Part shown: piece by piece, positions 18,242 to 28,976 of the stretch | Layout of the letters: each line of letters opens with the position of its first letter | Numbering within the stretch: the first letter of the stretch is position 1 | Origin: Alphaproteobacteria bacterium | GTDB taxonomy: Bacteria; Pseudomonadota; Alphaproteobacteria; CADEGL01 | NCBI GenBank assembly: GCA_963666705.2 | Contig: CAXXKO010000025.1 | Location: forward strand, 160,652 to 224,651 | Direction: 5' to 3' | Length of the DNA stretch: 64,000 nt | The notes under the pieces: model-generated | The model's database searches: none | What the model saw: the letters and a program-made list of their open reading frames with translations, nothing else | What the model was told of the DNA's origin: nothing | Program-made: the position numbers and the translations under genes

Positions 18242-19355
18242 CCCGGCGCAGGCACAGGTGCTCGGCGCCACCGGCTCGGTGCTGACCGTCGACCTCGGCG
18301 CCATCGCGGACAACTACCGCCGGCTGCGGCGGGTGCTGGGCGGTGTCGATTGCGCGGCCGTGGTCAAGGCGGACGCCTACGGGCTCGGGGTCGAGCGCGT
18401 CGCGCCGGCGCTCGCGCGCGCCGGCTGCCACGTCTTCTTCGTGGCCCATGGCGAGGAAGGCATCACATTGCGAGCCATCCTGCCGGAAGCGGAGATCTTC
18501 ATCCTCAACGGCGCCCTGCCCGGCGCCGAGCCGATGTTCGCCGAGCACCGGCTCGCACCCGTCCTCAACTCCCTCGGCGCGATCGAGGCCTGGGCGGCCT
18601 TCGGCGCCGCCCACGGGCCGCTGCCGGCCGCCCTCCATATCGATACGGGCATGTCCCGGCTCGGCCTGCCCCCGGACGAGCTCGACCGCCTCGCCGAGGA
18701 GCCGGCGCGCCTCGACCGCATCGACCTGCGCTACATCATGAGTCACCTGGCCTGCGCCGAGGAAGCCGGGAGCCCCATGAACGCGGCCCAGCGCGCCGAG
18801 CTCGAGGCGGCCCGCGGGCGCCTGCCGCCCAAGCCGGTGAGCTTCGCCAATTCCGCCGGGATATTCCTCGGCCCCAGTTACCACTTCGACCTCGGCCGCC
18901 CAGGGGTCGCCCTTTACGGCGCCAACCCGACGCCGGGACGCGCGAGCCCCATGGCGCACGTCGTCACGCTCCAAAGTCCTATCCTGCAGCTACGTGAGAT
19001 TGACCCGCCCCGGGCCGTTGGCTACGGTGCGGCGCACCGGGCCCGGGGGCACGCGCTGATCGCCACGGTTCCGGTGGGTTACGCCGACGGCTATCTGCGT
19101 TCGGCGAGTGGCCGCGGCCGGTGCCGTATCGCCGGCCGTGAGGTTCCCGTGGTGGGGCGCGTCTCGATGGACCTGATTACCCTCGATGTGACGGACCTTC
19201 CCCCCGGCCTGGCCCGGCCGGGCGCGGTCGTGGACCTCGTCGACAGCGACCATACGATCGACTCGCTCGCCGAGGAGGCCGGGACGATCGCCTACGAAAT
19301 ACTCACCAGCCTGGGCCGGCGCTACGCCCGCCGCTACCTGGCCGGAGACGCCTGA
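18228..19355 (+). CDS. alr: Alanine racemase
   Basis: 375 aa. AVVKADAYGLG (PLP-lysine context). C-terminal GRVSMDLITLDVTD. Confidence 0.88.
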   Translation: MSSSSPAQAQVLGATGSVLTVDLGAIADNYRRLRRVLGGVDCAAVVKADAYGLGVERVAPALARAGCHVFFVAHGEEGITLRAILPEAEIFILNGALPGAEPMFAEHRLAPVLNSLGAIEAWAAFGAAHGPLPAALHIDTGMSRLGLPPDELDRLAEEPARLDRIDLRYIMSHLACAEEAGSPMNAAQRAELEAARGRLPPKPVSFANSAGIFLGPSYHFDLGRPGVALYGANPTPGRASPMAHVVTLQSPILQLREIDPPRAVGYGAAHRARGHALIATVPVGYADGYLRSASGRGRCRIAGREVPVVGRVSMDLITLDVTDLPPGLARPGAVVDLVDSDHTIDSLAEEAGTIAYEILTSLGRRYARRYLAGDA

Positions 19356-19359
19356 GCCG

Positions 19360-20133
19360 ATGCCCATCCTGGCGCCGATCGGGCGCGTCCTCATCGGCCT
19401 GCTCGAGGTGACGGGACGCCTGAGCAGCTTCGCCGCCGCCGGTGTCTGGCACAGCGTGCGGCCGCCGTTCTTCCCCCGCCTGATTGTCCGCCAGATGGTC
19501 GAGATCGGCTATTACTCGCTGCCCGTCGTGGGGCTGACGGCGATCTTCACGGGCATGGTGCTAGCGCTGCAGAGCTACACCGGGTTCTCGCGTTTTAATG
19601 CCGAATCGGCGATCGCAGCGGTTGTCGTCCTGTCGATGACGCGAGAATTGGGGCCGGTGCTGGCCGGCCTCATGGTGGCGGGGCGCATCGGCGCCGCCAT
19701 GGCCGCGGAGATCGGCACCATGCGCGTGACGGAGCAGATCGACGCCCTCTCCACCCTCTCGACCAACCCCTTCAAATACCTGGTCGCCCCGCGCCTCATC
19801 GCCGGCCTCCTGATGATGCCCTGTCTGGTGCTCGTGGCCGACATCATCGGCGTCTTCGGCGGCTACCTCATCAGCGTCTACAAGCTCGGCTTCAACCCGG
19901 CCAGCTACATGAAGCTGACCTGGAACTTCATGGAGACCCTCGACGTGGTCTCGGGCCTGGTCAAGGCTGCCGTCTTCGGCTTCCTGGTGGCGCTCATGGG
20001 CTGCTACCATGGCTACAACTCCGAGGGCGGCGCCCAGGGCGTGGGCCAGGCGACCACCAACGCCGTGGTCTCGGCCTCGATCCTGATCCTCTCTTTCAAC
20101 TACGTCATCACATCCCTCTTCTTCGGCTCATGA
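19360..20133 (+). CDS. mlaE: MlaE-family ABC transporter permease
   Basis: 257 aa. TRELGPVLAGLMVAGRIGAAMAAEIGTMRVTEQIDAL. Start/stop overlap with the ATPase gene. Confidence 0.85.
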   Translation: MPILAPIGRVLIGLLEVTGRLSSFAAAGVWHSVRPPFFPRLIVRQMVEIGYYSLPVVGLTAIFTGMVLALQSYTGFSRFNAESAIAAVVVLSMTRELGPVLAGLMVAGRIGAAMAAEIGTMRVTEQIDALSTLSTNPFKYLVAPRLIAGLLMMPCLVLVADIIGVFGGYLISVYKLGFNPASYMKLTWNFMETLDVVSGLVKAAVFGFLVALMGCYHGYNSEGGAQGVGQATTNAVVSASILILSFNYVITSLFFGS

Positions 20134-20906
20134 ACGCTTCCCCCCCCAAGATCCGCATCCGCAACCTGCACAAGCGCTTCGAGAGCAACATCGTGCTCGA
20201 CGGGCTCGACCTCGACGTGGGCGTTGGCGAATCGGTGGTCGTTATCGGCGGCTCCGGCACGGGCAAATCGGTGCTGCTCAAATGCATCCTCGGCCTGCTC
20301 GACCCGGAAGAAGGCAGCATCGAGATCGACGGCGAGGAGGTCGTCGGCATGGGCGCGCGCGACCGGGAGCGGATCTTGCGCAAGTTCGGCATGCTGTTCC
20401 AGGGTGGTGCCCTGTTCGACAGCCTTTCCGTGTGGGAGAATACGGCCTTCGCCCTCATCCAGGCCCTCGACAAGCCGCGCGAGGAGGCGAAGGAGATCGC
20501 GCTTCGCAAGCTCGGCCAGGTGGGACTGGGGGCCGATGTCGGCGAGCTCTTTCCGGCCGAGCTCTCGGGCGGCATGAAGAAACGCGTCGGCCTCGCCCGC
20601 GCCATCGCCACCGACCCGGAGATCATCTTCTTCGACGAGCCCACGACCGGGCTCGACCCGATCATGGGCGACGTAATCAACGACCTCATCATCGAGTGCG
20701 TGCGGGAGCTGGGCGCGACGGCCCTCTCGATCACCCACGACATGGCGAGCGCACGCAAGATCGCCGACCGTATTGCCATGCTCTACAAGGGCAAGATCGT
20801 CTGGGCGGGCGCCACCGCGGGGATTGACGATTCCGGCAACGACTTCGTGGACCAGTTCATACACGGCAAGGCGGAAGGCCCCATCCAGATGGAGCTGCGC
20901 CGTTGA
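20130..20906 (+). CDS. mlaF: MlaF-family ABC transporter ATP-binding protein
   Basis: Walker A GGSGTGKS, signature LSGGMKKRVGLARA, Walker B IIFFDEPTTGLD. Confidence 0.85.
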   Translation: MNASPPKIRIRNLHKRFESNIVLDGLDLDVGVGESVVVIGGSGTGKSVLLKCILGLLDPEEGSIEIDGEEVVGMGARDRERILRKFGMLFQGGALFDSLSVWENTAFALIQALDKPREEAKEIALRKLGQVGLGADVGELFPAELSGGMKKRVGLARAIATDPEIIFFDEPTTGLDPIMGDVINDLIIECVRELGATALSITHDMASARKIADRIAMLYKGKIVWAGATAGIDDSGNDFVDQFIHGKAEGPIQMELRR

Positions 20907-20953
20907 GGGACGCGAAACCAGCCCCCCTCCCGGCCACGGGAACGGCGCGCTAG

Positions 20954-22390
20954 GTGGGCCGACCGGCATCCCGCTTCGTCTGCCAGTCGTGTGGTGCCGC
21001 GCACCGCAAGTGGGTGGGCCGCTGCGACGGATGCGGGGCGTGGAACTCGATCACGGAGGAGAGGCCCGCGCGCACGGTACCGGGCGGCCTCAAGTTGCGG
21101 CCGGCCGGCGCGGGACCCGGTGCGGCGGCGGGCTTCGTGGCGCTCGCGGGCGCATCGGCCGAAACATCCCGGCGCACCACGGGGATCGCGGAGCTCGACC
21201 GGGTCACGGGCGGCGGCCTGGTGCCCGGCTCGGCCATCCTGGTGGGTGGCGACCCCGGCATCGGCAAGTCCACACTCCTGCTCCAGGCCGCGGCGGCCAT
21301 GGCCGGCGCGGGCACCCGGGCGGCCTACATCACGGGGGAGGAGGCGGTGGACCAGATCCGCCTGCGCGCCGGGCGCCTCGGCCTCGAAGGCGCCGATGTC
21401 GCGCTCGCCACGGTGACGGACGTGGGCGATATCGTCGCCGCGCTCGACGTGCCCGACGGGCCCGAGGTGGTGATCATCGATTCGATCCAGACCATGTATG
21501 TGAGCGACCTCGAAAGCGCGCCCGGCACGGTCTCGCAAGTGCGCGGCAGCGCGCAGGCGCTGATCCGCCTGGCGAAGGCGCGCGGCTTCACCGTCGTTCT
21601 CGTCGGCCACGTCACCAAGGAGGGCGTCATCGCCGGGCCCAAGGTGCTCGAGCACATGGTCGATACGGTGCTCTATTTCGAGGGCGAGCGGGGCCACCAT
21701 TTCCGCATCCTGCGGGCGGTCAAGAACCGCTTCGGCCCGGCCGACGAGATCGGCGTCTTCGAGATGACCGATGGCGGCCTCGTCGAGGTGCCCAACCCGA
21801 GCGCCCTTTTCCTCGCCGACCGCGGGGATGCGCCGGGCGAGGAGGGCGTGAGCGGCGCCGCCGTCTTCGCCGGCATCGAGGGCACGCGGCCCCTGCTCGT
21901 CGAGGTCCAGGCCCTCGTCGCGCCGAGCTCCTTCGCCACCCCGCGCCGCGCCGTGGTGGGCTGGGACGCGGCCAGGCTGCACATGGTGCTCGCGGTGCTC
22001 GAGGCGCGCTGCGGGATGTCGCTCGCCGGGCGCGATGTCTACCTCAACGTGGCGGGCGGCCTGCGCATCGGCGAGCCGGCCGCCGACCTCGCGGTGGCGG
22101 CGGCGCTCGTCTCGTCTGTTACGGACGCGCCGGTGCCGGCCGAGACGGTGGTCTTCGGCGAGATCGGCCTCGGCGGCGAGGTGCGCGCGGTGTCCCAGGC
22201 CGCGGCGCGCCTCAAGGAGGCGGCCAAGCTCGGCTTCTCCCGCGCCATCCTTCCGCCCGCCGGCAAGCGCCCGCGCGGCGCGGTGACGAGCGGCATCGAG
22301 ATCCGGGAGATCGGGCGTCTGATGGAGCTCGTCGCGCTCTTGGCGGACTCCTCCGTGGGACCGTCCGCGCGCGCGCGCGGGATGGGCTGA
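20954..22390 (+). CDS. radA: DNA repair protein RadA/Sms
   Basis: GTG start. Zn-finger CQSCGAAHRKWVGRCDGCGAW, Walker A GDPGIGKST, KNRFG motif, Lon-like C-terminus. Confidence 0.93.
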   Translation: MGRPASRFVCQSCGAAHRKWVGRCDGCGAWNSITEERPARTVPGGLKLRPAGAGPGAAAGFVALAGASAETSRRTTGIAELDRVTGGGLVPGSAILVGGDPGIGKSTLLLQAAAAMAGAGTRAAYITGEEAVDQIRLRAGRLGLEGADVALATVTDVGDIVAALDVPDGPEVVIIDSIQTMYVSDLESAPGTVSQVRGSAQALIRLAKARGFTVVLVGHVTKEGVIAGPKVLEHMVDTVLYFEGERGHHFRILRAVKNRFGPADEIGVFEMTDGGLVEVPNPSALFLADRGDAPGEEGVSGAAVFAGIEGTRPLLVEVQALVAPSSFATPRRAVVGWDAARLHMVLAVLEARCGMSLAGRDVYLNVAGGLRIGEPAADLAVAAALVSSVTDAPVPAETVVFGEIGLGGEVRAVSQAAARLKEAAKLGFSRAILPPAGKRPRGAVTSGIEIREIGRLMELVALLADSSVGPSARARGMG

Positions 22391-22396
22391 CGCGCC

Positions 22397-23068
22397 ATGG
22401 AAGGTCTGCCCTTCACGCTCACGGACCTGGCGATCCTCGCGGTCGTCGTGGTCTCCGGCCTGCTCGCGCTCAGCCGCGGCTTCGTGCGCGAGGTCTTTGC
22501 CCTCGCCACATGGCTCGGCGCGGGCCTCGCCACCCTCTACGGCTTTCCCTATTTGAAATCATATCCCCATCAGATCATCCCGATTCCCTGGGCCGCAGAC
22601 GCGGCGACGGCCTTGGGGTTGTTCCTGGCCGCTTTCATCGTCATATCCCTCATGAGCCGGCCGATCACGGGGCGCGTGCGGAAGAGCGATTTCCGCGGCC
22701 TCGACCGCTCGCTCGGCTTCTTCTTTGGTCTCCTGCGCGGGGTGGTATTGGTCTCGCTCGCCTATCTGCTCATGACGTGGATCTGGCCGGCCGAGGAGCA
22801 GCCCCAATGGGTCCGCGAGGCGCGGGCGCTGCCCTATGTCGCCCAGGGCGCGGCGCTCATCCGCTCCCTCGTGCCCCCAGAAGCGGCGGAGGCGGGGGCC
22901 CAGGCGGTCGGAGAGGCCGGCGAGGCGGTGCGCCAGGGCATCGAAAGTGGCCAGGCGATTCAGGATCTCACCAGCCCGTCCGCGGACGGCGGGGCCGAGG
23001 AAGAGCCTTCGGGCTACGACAACAAGGAGCGGCGGGAGATGAACCGCTTGTTCGAGAGCAATCAGTAG
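22397..23068 (+). CDS. cvpA: CvpA-family membrane protein
   Basis: 223 aa, four TM helices. Lies immediately upstream of purF, the classical cvpA-purF arrangement. Confidence 0.8.
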   Translation: MEGLPFTLTDLAILAVVVVSGLLALSRGFVREVFALATWLGAGLATLYGFPYLKSYPHQIIPIPWAADAATALGLFLAAFIVISLMSRPITGRVRKSDFRGLDRSLGFFFGLLRGVVLVSLAYLLMTWIWPAEEQPQWVREARALPYVAQGAALIRSLVPPEAAEAGAQAVGEAGEAVRQGIESGQAIQDLTSPSADGGAEEEPSGYDNKERREMNRLFESNQ

Positions 23069-23087
23069 TCGGAAGGGGCCGCGCGCG

Positions 23088-24524
23088 ATGCTGACCACAC
23101 ATCCGTTCGACGACGACAAGCTGCACGAGGAGTGTGGCGTCTTCGCCGTATTCGACCATCCCGACGCCGCCGCGCTCACGGCCCTCGGCCTGCACGCACT
23201 CCAGCATCGCGGCCAGGAGGCCGCCGGCATCGTCGCCTTCGACGGCGAGCAGTTCCACAGCCACCGCGCCCTCGGCCGGGTGGGTGACATCTTCGGCGCC
23301 GAGGAGGTCATGCGACGCTTGGCGGGCACCATGGCCGTCGGCCACACGCGTTATTCGACGACCGGCGACACCATCGTGCGCAACGTCCAGCCCCTCTTCG
23401 TCGACTACGCCTTCGGCGGCCTCGCCATCGGCCATAACGGCAACCTGACCAACGCCATTACCCTGCGCCGGGAGCTCGCCCTCAGGGGCTCGATCTTCCA
23501 TTCGACGACGGATACGGAGGTGATCTCGCACCTCGTGGCCACCAGTTCCCAGAACAGCCTCATCGACCGGCTGGTCGACGCCCTGCAACAGGTCGAGGGC
23601 GCCTATTCCCTGGTCGCCATGAGCCGCCACAAGATCATGGGCGTGCGCGACCCCATGGGAGTACGCCCGCTCGTGCTCGGCCATCTCGACGGCGCCCATA
23701 TCCTGGCCAGCGAGACCTGTGCGCTGGACATCATCGGCGCCGAGTTCGTGCGCGACGTCGCACCCGGCGAACTGGTGGTGATCGACACCGACGGCGTTCA
23801 CATCCTGCGGCCCTTCCAGCCCGTGCAGGAGCGCTTCTGCGTCTTCGAGTACATCTATTTCGCCCGCCCCGACAGCGTGGTCGAGGGCACGGGCGTCTAC
23901 GATGCCCGCAAGCGCATCGGCGCCGAGCTGGCGCGTGAATCGGGCGTTCCCGCGGACGTCGTGGTGCCGGTGCCGGATTCGGGCGTGCCCGCGGCCCTCG
24001 GCTATGCCGCCCAGGCGGGCATTCCCTTCGAGTACGGCATCATCCGCAACCATTATATCGGACGCACCTTCATCGAGCCCGAGGATCACATCCGCCACTT
24101 GGGCGTGCGCCTCAAGCACAACGCGAACCGGGCCCAGATCGCCGGCCGGCGGGTCGTCCTGGTGGACGACAGCATCGTGCGCGGCACCACCTCGAAGAAG
24201 ATCGTCGAGATGCTCCGCCGGGCGGGTGCGCGGGAGGTCCATATGCGCATATCGAGCCCGCCCACGACCCATTCCTGCTTCTACGGCATCGATACGCCGG
24301 AGCGCGAGCAGCTCCTCGCCGCCCGGCACAGTATCGAGGAGATGGCGCGGCTGATCGATGTCGACAGCCTCGCCTACCTCTCGCTCGACGGCCTCTACAA
24401 GGCACTCGGCGGAGAGCCCCGGTTCTGCGACGCGTGCTTCACGGGGAATTACCCGACGGCGCTCATCGACCGCAACGACGGCGGCGAGCCGGCCCAGCTC
24501 TCCCTCCTCACCGAGATCGCCTGA
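23088..24524 (+). CDS. purF: Amidophosphoribosyltransferase
   Basis: 478 aa. ...HEECGVFAVF (Ntn Cys), HTRYSTTG, VVLVDDSIVRGTT, CxxC Fe-S ligands near the C-terminus (CDACFTGNYP). Confidence 0.95.
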   Translation: MLTTHPFDDDKLHEECGVFAVFDHPDAAALTALGLHALQHRGQEAAGIVAFDGEQFHSHRALGRVGDIFGAEEVMRRLAGTMAVGHTRYSTTGDTIVRNVQPLFVDYAFGGLAIGHNGNLTNAITLRRELALRGSIFHSTTDTEVISHLVATSSQNSLIDRLVDALQQVEGAYSLVAMSRHKIMGVRDPMGVRPLVLGHLDGAHILASETCALDIIGAEFVRDVAPGELVVIDTDGVHILRPFQPVQERFCVFEYIYFARPDSVVEGTGVYDARKRIGAELARESGVPADVVVPVPDSGVPAALGYAAQAGIPFEYGIIRNHYIGRTFIEPEDHIRHLGVRLKHNANRAQIAGRRVVLVDDSIVRGTTSKKIVEMLRRAGAREVHMRISSPPTTHSCFYGIDTPEREQLLAARHSIEEMARLIDVDSLAYLSLDGLYKALGGEPRFCDACFTGNYPTALIDRNDGGEPAQLSLLTEIA

Positions 24525-24529
24525 GAGGG

Positions 24530-25234
24530 ATGGGCCGGCTCGAAGGGCGCATTGCGCTCGTCACCGGCGCCTCGCGCGGGATCGGTGCGGCCGTGGCCCG
24601 GCGCTACGCGCGCGAGGGCGCGCGGCTGGTCCTGCTCGCGCGCACTCAAGGTGGGCTCGAGGCGCTGGACGACCAGATCCGCGGCATGGGCGGCGAGGCC
24701 ACGCTCGTGCCCCTCGACATCACCGATTCGGACGCGCTCGACCGCTTGGGCGCGGCACTCTTCGAGCGCCATGGCCGGCTCGACGTGCTGGTCGGCAACG
24801 CCGGCACCCTCGGCACCCTGAGCCCCGTCTCCCATATCGAGCCCGACGACTGGCGCAAGGTTCTCGACGTCAACCTGACCGCCAACTGGCGCCTCGTGCG
24901 CAGCCTCGACCCCCTGCTGCGGGCCTCGGACGCCGGGCGCGCGATCTTCGTGAGCTCGGGCGTGGCCGGGTTCGTGAAGCCCTATTGGGGCGCCTACGCG
25001 GTCAGCAAGGCGGCGCTCGAGATGATGGTGAAGGTCTATGCCGCCGAGACCGCGCGCACCGGCGTGCGCGCCAACCTCATCGACCCGGGCGCGGTGCGCA
25101 CGACCATGCGCGCCGAGGCCTTCCCCGGCGAGGACCCCGCGACCCTGCCGGAGCCGGACGCCATCACCGACCTCTTCGTCGCGCTCGCCGAGACCGCATG
25201 CGAGCGGACGGGCGAAGTCGTGCGGGCCTATTGA
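24530..25234 (+). CDS. SDR-family oxidoreductase
   Basis: ATG at 24530. MGRLEGRIALVTGASRGIGAAVA, YAVSKAAL. Confidence 0.8.
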   Translation: MGRLEGRIALVTGASRGIGAAVARRYAREGARLVLLARTQGGLEALDDQIRGMGGEATLVPLDITDSDALDRLGAALFERHGRLDVLVGNAGTLGTLSPVSHIEPDDWRKVLDVNLTANWRLVRSLDPLLRASDAGRAIFVSSGVAGFVKPYWGAYAVSKAALEMMVKVYAAETARTGVRANLIDPGAVRTTMRAEAFPGEDPATLPEPDAITDLFVALAETACERTGEVVRAY

Positions 25235-27047
25235 TTCGGAGACAAGTCGGCCGGTAGCTCGAACGCGACCTCGGTCCCGACGCCGACCTCGCTCTTGACC
25301 GAGAGCGTGCCGCCGAGCAGCTCGACATACTTGGCCGATAGGGGCAGACCCAGGCCCATGCCGTCACGGGCACGCGATACCAGGACATCGCCCCGCGCGA
25401 AGGGCGCGGTGACGTTGGGGAGCTCCTCCTCCCGCACACCGATTCCCGTATCACTGATGCGAAAGCGCATGGGCGCACCGGGTGCCATGCCCGCCTCGAG
25501 CGTCACCACGCCGCCCTCGGAGGTGTATTTGACCGCGTTGGACAAGAGGTTGAGGAGAACCTGGCGCAACTTGGCCTCATCGGTCCATACGACCGGCGAG
25601 TCGAAGCTCAAGCGGCTCTCGAGGCGAATACCATTGGCCTCGGCCGACTCGCGCGCCACGCGCAGGGCCGATTCGATCGTCTCGGCGATCTTCACCTCCC
25701 CGACATCGACCTTGAGCGACCCCGACTCGGCGTTCGACAGGGTCAGCACGTCGTCGACCATCGTCAAGAGGTGCATGGCCGAGTGGTGGATGTCCCCGGC
25801 GTAACCCTGATAGCTCTCGTTGCCGATGGGCCCGAAGGTCTCGTTCTTCATGAGCTCGGAGAAACCGACGATGGCGTTGAGGGGCGTCCGGGTCTCGTGG
25901 CTCATATGGGCGAGGAAAGCGGTCTTGGCCCTGTTGGCGGCCTCGGCGCGGTCGAGCGCATCGGATAGGGCGTCATTCTTGCGCGTCACATCCTTGACCA
26001 TCGTGTTGAAGGCCTCGGTCAGCTCGCGCAGCTCGCGGGGGGCCCGACGCGGCGGATTTTCGACCTTGTGCGGCAGGCGATCGCCAGCACTGCCCCCGGC
26101 GGCCAGCACGACCGCATGGATCGGCCGCGCGAGGTAGCCGGCAAGCCACCAGCTTACCACCGCGACGAGGGCGATGCCGCCGACGATGATGGCGATGGCG
26201 CGGTCCGCGCCACTGCCGCCCGCTCCTCGAGCTCCGACATAGGCTGGGGCACCATGGCGCCCCAGCCTATGCCAGGCACGACCGTATATCCCGCGATCAT
26301 GTCCGACTCGGTCGCGGGGGAATAGAAAACGGTCACGCCACTGCCGCCCTCTATCATTGCGGCGACAGGCTTGACGGCGGAAATGTCCTTCATGGTGGCG
26401 CGCCAATCGGGATTGGGGTGGCCGATGACCCGGCCTTGCCTATCGACGACGGCGGCGTGGCCGCGGCGGCCGAAGGTGATTGCTTCCTGGCTCTCGACCA
26501 GGTAGGCGGTCGAAATCGCGCCAAGCGCGTATCCGCCCCCCGCGAGAGCCAAGGCCAGATAGATGTGCGGGTTGCCCCCCGGGCCGGCCAGCGCGTCGCT
26601 GATCGCGACGTCGCCTGGCGTCTTGCGGGCCTCGGCCAGCACCGGGGCGAGCCGCGCCATCATCGCCTCGGGCAAGTGCTCGCCGGGCAACTCGCCGGCG
26701 ACGTCGATGCAGGATTGGACCGTCCCGTCCCCTGAGATGGTACAGATATGCTTGAAGTGCAGGGACCCGAGAAGACCGATGACCGGCTCGCGGGGTACCT
26801 TCCCGTGCGCGACAGCCATGCGAAAAACCGCCTCGGCATCGATCATGTAACGCGAAATGGCGCGCGCCAGGTTCCGCGCCAGCAACAGGTGCATGTCGCG
26901 CACGGATTCGACCTCATTCTCGAGCGCCGACTGCTGCACCCAAACACCGAGCAGAGCCACGGGCACGGCCGAGATCAGCGTAAAGCTCAGGAACAGGATA
27001 TGATGCAGCGTAAGCCGCGTGCGCGGCCGAGCCGCGGGACCGGACAT
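25228..27047 (-). pseudogene. Sensor histidine kinase (periplasmic Cache-like sensor, TM/HAMP, HisKA, HATPase), frameshifted
   Basis: The sensor half, ending ...GIGWGAMVPQPMSELEER, is ORF 26154..27047. The rest, ADRAIAIIVGGIALVAVVSWW...HMSHETRTPLNAIVGF...GMGLGLPL, is ORF 25228..26406 in another frame. The frames join at ~26205-26225. Confidence 0.7.
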
Positions 27048-27133
27048 CGTTTATTTGCCCCATCTATTTGTACCCAGCACCGAGGATAGCACGGCCGGCG
27101 GAAAATCCCCTCCCCTGTCCGCCGCCACCAGTC

Positions 27134-27961
27134 CTACTTCTTCCGGGTCGCCCGCTTTTTCCGGGCCGGCGCCTTCTTCTTCTCCTCCTTGACCGGCACC
27201 GTGTAGTTGAGGGCGAGGCGGCCGCCGTCGCAATAGAGGGTCTGGCCGGTGATGTAGGAGGAATCCTCGGTCGCGAGGAACAGGGCGATGCGGGCCACCT
27301 CGTCCGGTTCGCCGTAGCGCCCGAGCGGGGTGCGGGCCATCTGGGCGTGACGGACGGCCGGGTCCTTGGCCACCGTGCGCACCATGTCGGTCAGGATCGA
27401 GCCGGGGCCGATGGCGTTGACCCGGATGCCGTGATCGGCGAGGGCGAGGGCGGCCACGCTGGTCAATTGGTTGATGCCGCCCTTGCTCGCCACGTAGGGC
27501 GTGATGCTGGCGATGGCCATCACCGCGTTGACCGAGCTCATGTTGATGATGGCGCCGCCCCCGCCCTGCTTGACCATCTGGCGCGCGGCCGCCTGGTCGG
27601 TGAGGAAAGCACCGGTGAGGTTGGTGCGCAGGACGTCGTTCCAATCGTCGAGGGATAGGGTGAGGAAATCGGAGACGCGGTTGACGCCCGCGTTCGCCAC
27701 CGCCACGTCGAGCCGCCCGAAGCGCGATACGGCCGTGTCGACGAGCTTCTGTACGTCGGCCGGCCGGCGCACGTCGCACTTGACGAATGCCGCCCCCCCC
27801 GGCCCGGCGGCGCTGAGCGCCGCGGCCGTGGCCCGGCCCTCGGCCACCAGCACGTCGCCGATCACCACCTTGGCACCCTCGCCCACGAAGACGCGCGCGC
27901 ACGCCTCGCCAATGCCCCTGGCCCCGCCGGTGACGACGGCGACCTTGTCCTTCATACGCAT
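27134..27961 (-). CDS. SDR-family oxidoreductase with a Lys/Arg-rich C-terminal tail
   Basis: VAVVTGGARGIGEA, YVASKGGI. The C-terminus LALNYTVPVKEEKKKAPARKKRATRKK extends past the point where the two paralogs end. Confidence 0.8.
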   Translation of the reverse strand: MRMKDKVAVVTGGARGIGEACARVFVGEGAKVVIGDVLVAEGRATAAALSAAGPGGAAFVKCDVRRPADVQKLVDTAVSRFGRLDVAVANAGVNRVSDFLTLSLDDWNDVLRTNLTGAFLTDQAAARQMVKQGGGGAIINMSSVNAVMAIASITPYVASKGGINQLTSVAALALADHGIRVNAIGPGSILTDMVRTVAKDPAVRHAQMARTPLGRYGEPDEVARIALFLATEDSSYITGQTLYCDGGRLALNYTVPVKEEKKKAPARKKRATRKK

Positions 27962-28116
27962 GTCTTGTGCCCCTTCTTGTCCGGTGATTCGTCGTGCGTG
28001 CGCGCCCTTGGCCCGTGCTCTAGCAAGCCGCGACGCCGCCCGTCAATCGAAGTGGTTATGCGCAATTCGAACCGGATGCGCATTGAGTGAGCTCGCGCCC
28101 CACACCGCCGGCCCTC

Positions 28117-28173
28117 CCCCTTCGACAGGCTCAGGGTGAGGCCCTCATGCTGAGCTTGTCGAAGTATGAGGGC
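28117..28173. repeat. REP-like hairpin repeat (family with 42284-42477)
   Basis: CCCTTCGACAGGCTCAGGGTGAGG followed by the palindromic CCCTCATGCTGAGCTTGTCGAAGTATGAGGG. Confidence 0.7.
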
Positions 28174-28199
28174 CGGGGCGCTCGACGCGCAGGCGGGAC

Positions 28200-28976
28200 C
28201 TACTCCGCCTCCGGCATCATGTAGGCGAGCGCCAGGCGGCCGCCCTCGACATAGAGGGTCTGGCCCGTCATGTAGCTCGCGTCGTCCGAGGCGAGGAAGG
28301 CGGCGACGGCGGCCACCTCCGCGGGCTCGGCCATGCGGCGCAGGGGGGTGCGGATCTCGCGGACGCGGCGCTTCACCGGATCGGCGAGGACGGCCGCCTC
28401 CATGGCCGTCTTGACCGGCCCCGGCCCGATGGCGTTCACGCGGATGCCGTGGTCGGCGAGCGAGATGGCCATGACCTTGGTGAGCAACGCGACCCCGCCC
28501 TTGCTGGCGGCGTAGGCAGTGCCGTCATGGTTGACGACGACGGCGTTGACGGACGTAATGTTGAGGATCGCGCCGCCATTGCCGAGCGCCACCATCTCCC
28601 GCGCCGCCGCCTGCCCGGTGAGGAACGGGCCCTTCAGGTTGACGGCGATGACGCGCTCGAAATCCGCCTCCTCGAGGTCGAGGAAGTCGGCGTGGGTCGA
28701 GATGCCGGCGTTGGCGATGCAGCAGTCGAGCCGGCCGAAGCGCTCCACGGCCGCGGCCATTAGGGCGTCCACGTCAGCCTTGCGCGTCACGTCGCAGGGG
28801 CGATAGAGCGCCTGGCCGCCCAAGCCCTCGAGCGTGGCCACCGCCTTACGCCCCTCCGCCTCGAGCAGGTCGCCGATGACGACCCTGGCCCCCTCCTCGA
28901 CGAAGCGCCGGCCGTAAGCGAGCCCAATGCCCCGCGCCCCGCCGGTGATGACGGCCACCTTGCCCTCGAGCTTCAT
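28200..28976 (-). CDS. SDR-family oxidoreductase (paralog of 32146-32925)
   Basis: ATG at 28976. MKLEGKVAVITGGARGIGLAYGRRF...YAASKGGV...GGRLALAYMMPEAE. The remainder of the 782-aa ORF runs antisense through IS256. Confidence 0.85.
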   Translation of the reverse strand: MKLEGKVAVITGGARGIGLAYGRRFVEEGARVVIGDLLEAEGRKAVATLEGLGGQALYRPCDVTRKADVDALMAAAVERFGRLDCCIANAGISTHADFLDLEEADFERVIAVNLKGPFLTGQAAAREMVALGNGGAILNITSVNAVVVNHDGTAYAASKGGVALLTKVMAISLADHGIRVNAIGPGPVKTAMEAAVLADPVKRRVREIRTPLRRMAEPAEVAAVAAFLASDDASYMTGQTLYVEGGRLALAYMMPEAE

